A stretch of 64,000 bases of DNA from Antedon mediterranea (lineage: Eukaryota > Animalia > Echinodermata), in contig NC_092675.1 of NCBI RefSeq assembly GCF_964355755.1, forward strand, positions 16,154,912-16,218,911, given 5' to 3'. The number at the start of each line of letters is the position of its first letter. Positions within the stretch are counted from its first letter, which is position 1. Under the pieces are notes generated by a model. That model had not been told where the DNA came from. It saw only the letters and a program-made list of their open reading frames with translations, and did no database searches. The translations under genes and the position numbers were made by a program. This document shows positions 59,378-64,000 of the stretch, in pieces.

Positions 59378-59730
59378 CATAGCCTATACTAGGATAAAAA
59401 ACACAATAAAGTACCGAGACGGCAAACTTATTTCCATTGTGGTCCTAAACAAATAGGCCTAGCCCTAGGCCTATAACAGAAAAAACAAGAAAACCACATT
59501 TAATTAAACATAATAAACATACATATAGCAAATTAAATTTCTCACAATCTAAGAATTTCACGAAAGTATTTAGCCTACATTAGCATTCTTCTAGGTAGCC
59601 TAGGACTAGGCCTACCTAGCTAGAGGCTAGGCCTATCTGGCTGGGTGGGTCGGCTATCTAGCCAGTACGGTAGTGTTGTTGGATGACAGCAGGCAGCATG
59701 GATGATACTGATAGAGCTAAGCCCTTCCAG

Positions 59731-60514
59731 CCAGTGACGGGACATTTTGCCGACAGACTACTGGCCGACAGACTATTCACCGACTGGACATTTTGCCTAC
59801 AGGACAATTGTCCGGATGTTTAAACTGTGGGTTAAGGTTGGTATTCTCGCAAGCGGGCTAATTATTCCCACAACTAAAATCAGATTTATATTACCGTATT
59901 TATTCGAATAAACAGTCCGCTTTGAATAAACACTCCTCGCAACGCCCCCACCCACAGGAACTGCTTTAAAATAATCAATGCCTAGACGTTTATTTTATTC
60001 CTCAAATAAGCACACATTATTGTATTTTAACACATTTCTATTTGTAATAGAATTTATTGACTTTTACAATTTACCAAGCAAAATGTATTTTCTCACTTAA
60101 GATTACTCTTGTCTTGATTTTTGGTGTATTTATTTAATTGTGTTACCATATTGATTACACCAAAAAAAACGTCTCCCTCGAATAAACGCCCCCTAAAAAC
60201 TCAATACGGTATAATTTCATGCCTTATTTCTAAGTGGAGGATCAATGAATTTTGAGTAGAAAGAGTATTTAGTGCTATTGAACTGTGTAGGTAAGGTTGC
60301 GGCGGAATTTCATAAAATAAATTGCCATGTCAGCTAATTGTCTGTCGGCCAATTGTATTTCGGCAAAATGGCCTTTTGGCTAAATAGCGAAATATCCTGT
60401 CAGCCAATTGTCCTGTCGGTGAAATTTCTTGCTGGGAATTGTCCGGTCGGCAAAATGTCTGTTGACGAAATATCTGTTGATGAAATGGCACTCGGCGAAA
60501 TGTCCTAGCAGCGG
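59731..60514. mobile_element. MULE-type MITE (9-10-bp TSD) with nested Tc1/mariner-type MITE at 59893-60211
   Basis: CCCTTCCAG at 59722-59730 and 60515-60523; GGACATTTTGCCGAC 15-bp subrepeats inverted at the right end; inner TA|CCGTATT...AATACGG|TA. Confidence 0.7.
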
Positions 60515-60549
60515 CCCTTCCAGGACCAACTAGCTAGGGCTACTACTAA

Positions 60550-61850
60550 GTGGAAGTGGCCGCCAACCAAGCGGCCGCCAGTTTAATATCGTTACTTGTA
60601 TGGTCGTGGATGGAACGCCATGTGTGCTTTGATTGCCGTTGTCATTGTACTATTGAACCTTTATATCTCATTTACATACTATTGAATTTTCATATCTTTT
60701 TTTTAATGTATTGGTAGAAAAAATAACGTTAAACTCACCCGTTTCTCCGAGCACTCCTGTCGAATCTATATTTGGTAAAATTAGATGTTTACCTTTTGAC
60801 CTTTATTGGTCATGTGACTTGTTTTAATGCAAAATAACTATGAATTTTTTTATATGGGTGTAATGGAATAACCGTATCAAATTCTCTTTCCAAATGACAC
60901 TATTGATGCCTATGTTTCAGTGTGCAGTGTTTCGGCCATTTTGAAATCCAAAATGGCTGCTTTTCTCTGGCCAAATTTTGTGCAACCCTTCCATTCTATG
61001 TTTTTGATACCCTAATGAACAACTGTGCCAAGTTTCAGAATGTTATCACAATTCGAAGGATTGGTTCCCTTGACACGTCTACTATAGCAGTAAGCGAGAG
61101 GTCGCAAGTTCGAATCCCGCCAGAGACATTTTTTCATACAACTAAAAATACGGAACATTCGCCAATGAGCTATGCTCGACGCGATTATGAGATCATGTTC
61201 CGAAATATAAGCACTGTTTCTATAATTTGAGAGTATGATTTACTATAGCAGAAATCCGCGTACAGATACATCTAATTTTAGTTATTAAAACTCATTTTGA
61301 TAAATATTTGTATATCAGAAGGTATAAATGATGTAGGATATTAAAATAATAAATAAATAAATTGCTGTCATCATGTTATTGTAAATAAATTAAAAGTTAA
61401 CAAATTATGATTGCGAACACTATAGTTACTTTACTAATTAATTATATACAATAACAAAAATATATATATATTTTGATATACTTTATTGAAAAAAATATAT
61501 ATAATTCTTAATTATTGGCTTATTATATATTATATTATATACAATACAAACACCACAATGTATTTTATTGATATAATATATATCATTTACAACAGTTAAA
61601 ATAAGTAATATCATCGATTCGCCATTTAGTTTAAAAGAACGTATCACATTCAATCTGTAAAAAAGAGAATAAATTACATAATAATGTATTTTAATTGTTA
61701 TTTACATCCAAGGTAAAAAAAGGTTAATTAAAGATTAAAGCACATGGGCCAATGGCGTGGTAACAAACAACAATCAAACCCTACACAGCGTTCCATATAG
61801 ATTACCGTTATTAAACTAGCGGCCGCTTTGGTTGGCGGTCGCTTCGACCG
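60550..61850. mobile_element. TIR element with about 90-bp diverged inverted ends
   Basis: GAAGTGGCCGCCAACCAAGCGGCCGCCAGTTTAATA vs TATTAAACTAGCGGCCGCTTTGGTTGGCGGTCGCTTC. Confidence 0.55.
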
Positions 61851-62041
61851 TATCCTAGTCATGGCCTATTAGTATTAGGCCTTGCTTTCTTCTATATAGG
61901 TAGGCCTAATATTTAATATACAATAACGATTAAATAATACTTTTTTTTACGCATCCCCTATAATTTTTGTTTCAGCATAGTTCTTTATTTTATTATTTAA
62001 CTATGTTTTCTTGTCTGTCGTGAAAAATTTTTTTAAATCTT

Positions 62042-62092
62042 ATTATATTACTTAAATCTCAGTTCCAGGAACTGAGATTTAAGTAATATAAT
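62042..62092. repeat. Perfect palindrome, 25-bp arms, 1-nt spacer
   Basis: ATTATATTACTTAAATCTCAGTTCC-A-GGAACTGAGATTTAAGTAATATAAT. Confidence 0.9.
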
Positions 62093-62191
62093 TGTACTGT
62101 ATACAAAAGAATGTTTTTTTTTAATAAGCTTTTTTCTGGAAGTTTTAAATAGTAAATACTAATGTTTTGTTTTATCTACAGAACCTTAAAC

Positions 62192-62725
62192 ATGGCTAAG
62201 AATTTGTCAAGTACATCCAAGGTAATGTCCCTTCTTCAACAATGGGATAAAGGTTCAAAAACAGTACGAGCTCAGATTTTAACAGATTTTATTGCAAACA
62301 ATCAAAATAAGACTGGCCCTGAGTTGGAAGCAGAGTTTGCACAGGCTGCAAGCTTGTTTTTTACTAGGTTGACAGCATGGCTTCGCTTAACGTATCCTTT
62401 TAATTGATTAAATTTAGGATTGTTTTGTTCAGATCTGAAGAAAGAAAACATCGCAGAACAAAATGAAGGGATTTTTGTTAAGCCTTATGTTCCAGCCATG
62501 GGATAATTAACTAATGCTGAGTGGGTCAAAATCAGAATTAATTCTTCGACCGTTGCTAAATGCAAAAAAAAATGTATCAAACGGAACCTAAGAACCTGTT
62601 TAATAATCTATCTTGATGTCTATTTTATTATGTTTCCTAACCCACATTAAAAATAGGTATATGATAGGAACATGTCTGAAACTTCAGCTACAAGCAATCA
62701 ACATATTTGTATCTTCATCAAGTGG
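62192..62725 (+). CDS. ARMH1: Armadillo-like helical domain-containing protein 1 (C1orf228), first two coding exons (62192-62391, 62657-62725); continues beyond the window
   Basis: LLQQWDKGSKTVRAQILTDFIANNQNKTGPELEAEFAQAASLFFTRLTAWLRLT|YMIGTCLKLQLQAINIF matches the remembered ARMH1 N-terminus ([37 protein letters not shown]..RITYM). Confidence 0.85.
62392..62656 (+). other. U12-type (minor spliceosome) GT-AG intron
   Basis: Donor GTATCCTTT; branch-like TTCCTAAC at 62634-62641, about 15 nt from the AG; no polypyrimidine tract; splicing restores the frame. Confidence 0.85.
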
Positions 62726-63049
62726 GTATGTATTCTCCTTTACATAACAAAGTAGAGGGTACTCCGAGAGTACAAACCTCCGCCTACTGTAAAATTCCCC
62801 TACATAAAATGTGTCCGGAAAATATATATATATTTTTTTTAATTTTTTTTTATTAGTTCTAAGTGTAAAGAGGCTAACTGCAAACTACAAAGTTGTGGAT
62901 GAGAGTTTGGTGTAATGATTATGTATCCAGCCTCTCACAGTTGAGATCGCTGGTTCAAGTCCCGCTGAAGGTTTTTTTTTTTGTTTTTTTTATTAAAAGA
63001 AAGTACGTTTTCCAATCAGAAATTTAACTTTGGTACTCAAATTGTGATG

Positions 63050-64000
63050 GTTTTCTAAATAAGAAGTCAGAGTTACTTTCTCGTTTGGTTTCAGAAAAAG
63101 TTGATTTTATTGCATTGACAGAGATTTTACCAAATCATTGTTTGTACCCGCCACTGATAAATGAATTTCGTGTCCAAGGTTACCAAGCATTTTTTCGAAT
63201 GAGTATTTTACTTCTGGTCGTGGTGTTTTAATTTATGTCAGAAATGGAATTTCAGTTTATCAAATTTTCTTTAAGAAGAATAAGTTTGTAGAGTCAGTTT
63301 GGGTTAGAGTAAAAGAAATAAAAACGGATCTTTTCTTAGGTTGTGTTTACCGTAGCCCGACTTGTAGTATGGATAATAACATCAAGCTGAACTCATTGTT
63401 CCGTGAAGTACATAAATCATCTTTTTCTGATTTAATCGTTGTCGGTGATTTTAACTATAACAGTATTAATGGGAATTAAATTTTGTGTCTTCGGAAGATG
63501 GAGATTCCAGCAGAAGTTTCTTTGACACCATCAACGATCTATTTTTAATTCAACACGTTATGGAACCTACTAGATACAGAGAAGGCGAAACACCCAATGT
63601 TTTGGATCTGGTTTTTACAGACAAAGAGAATACTATAAATGGCATTATGTCAGTCTCCACCACTGGGTAAAAGCGACCATATGATGTTACAATTTTCATT
63701 GGATCTTGTACGAGATGACAGAATTGAACCAAATATTCGAAGTTACAGGCATGGTAACTATGATTTGCTGCGCGAGAAAATTGGTTTGGTAGATTGGGAT
63801 GTGGTTTTCAATGATAAATCAGGTATTCAATCGTGGGACGAGTTCGAGCATATACTTGCGAAGAATATTGATGAGTGTATCCCGATGAGGAAGGTTTGCC
63901 ACGGAAGAAAACCCCTTTGGATGAACAAAAAAATTGAAAAGCAGATTGCCAAAAAAAATAAATGTTGGAAACAGTATGTAAAGGCCAAGAGAAAACAAAA
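63050..64000 (+). mobile_element. CR1-clade LINE ORF2 fragment (APE endonuclease), degraded, runs off the window
   Basis: IALTE, GRGVLIYV, GCVYRSP, VGDFNY, QHVMEPTR...LDLVFT, SDH, then PLWMNK; contains stops and frameshifts. Confidence 0.85.

Noticed and set aside
61085-61130. tRNA gene (GTTCGAATCCC; a similar B-box near 62950)
   Set aside because: Only a B-box-like motif; no cloverleaf could be built; lies within repeat-derived sequence.

Overview
AT-rich animal genomic DNA with spliceosomal introns. A marine invertebrate, possibly an echinoderm, is inferred from composition and repeat types. Five host genes can be read: a 17-exon patched-domain/sterol-sensing transporter (+, 259-15344), LMBRD2 (-, 18657-31080), IPP/KLHL27 (+, 52861-55816), TMEM53 (-, 57500-58405), and the first coding exons of ARMH1 (+, from 62192), one intron of which is U12-type. 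The interval 33-52 kb is a stack of nested transposons whose order can be read from target-site duplications. At its core is an apparently intact, GC-rich DIRS-type tyrosine-recombinase retrotransposon (36945-42311, - strand) with 170-bp ITRs, an internal complementary region, and gag, RT/RNaseH/methyltransferase and YR ORFs. The strongest new observation is at the DIRS gag stop. It reads UGA-CGG, is in frame with the YR ORF, is followed 12 nt later by a predicted H-type pseudoknot, and the AUG-less RT ORF opens in the +1 frame at the same point, suggesting a readthrough/frameshift recoding switch. Also notable are a 5S-rRNA-derived SINE sharing its 3' stem-loop tail with a LINE-like 3' end 47 kb away, two CAGG-ended elements with 5-bp TSDs, Helentron-like and Crypton-like non-autonomous elements, and the head-to-head TMEM53-ARMH1 pair. 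All alignments were done by eye; gene and family assignments rest on remembered motifs, not database searches.
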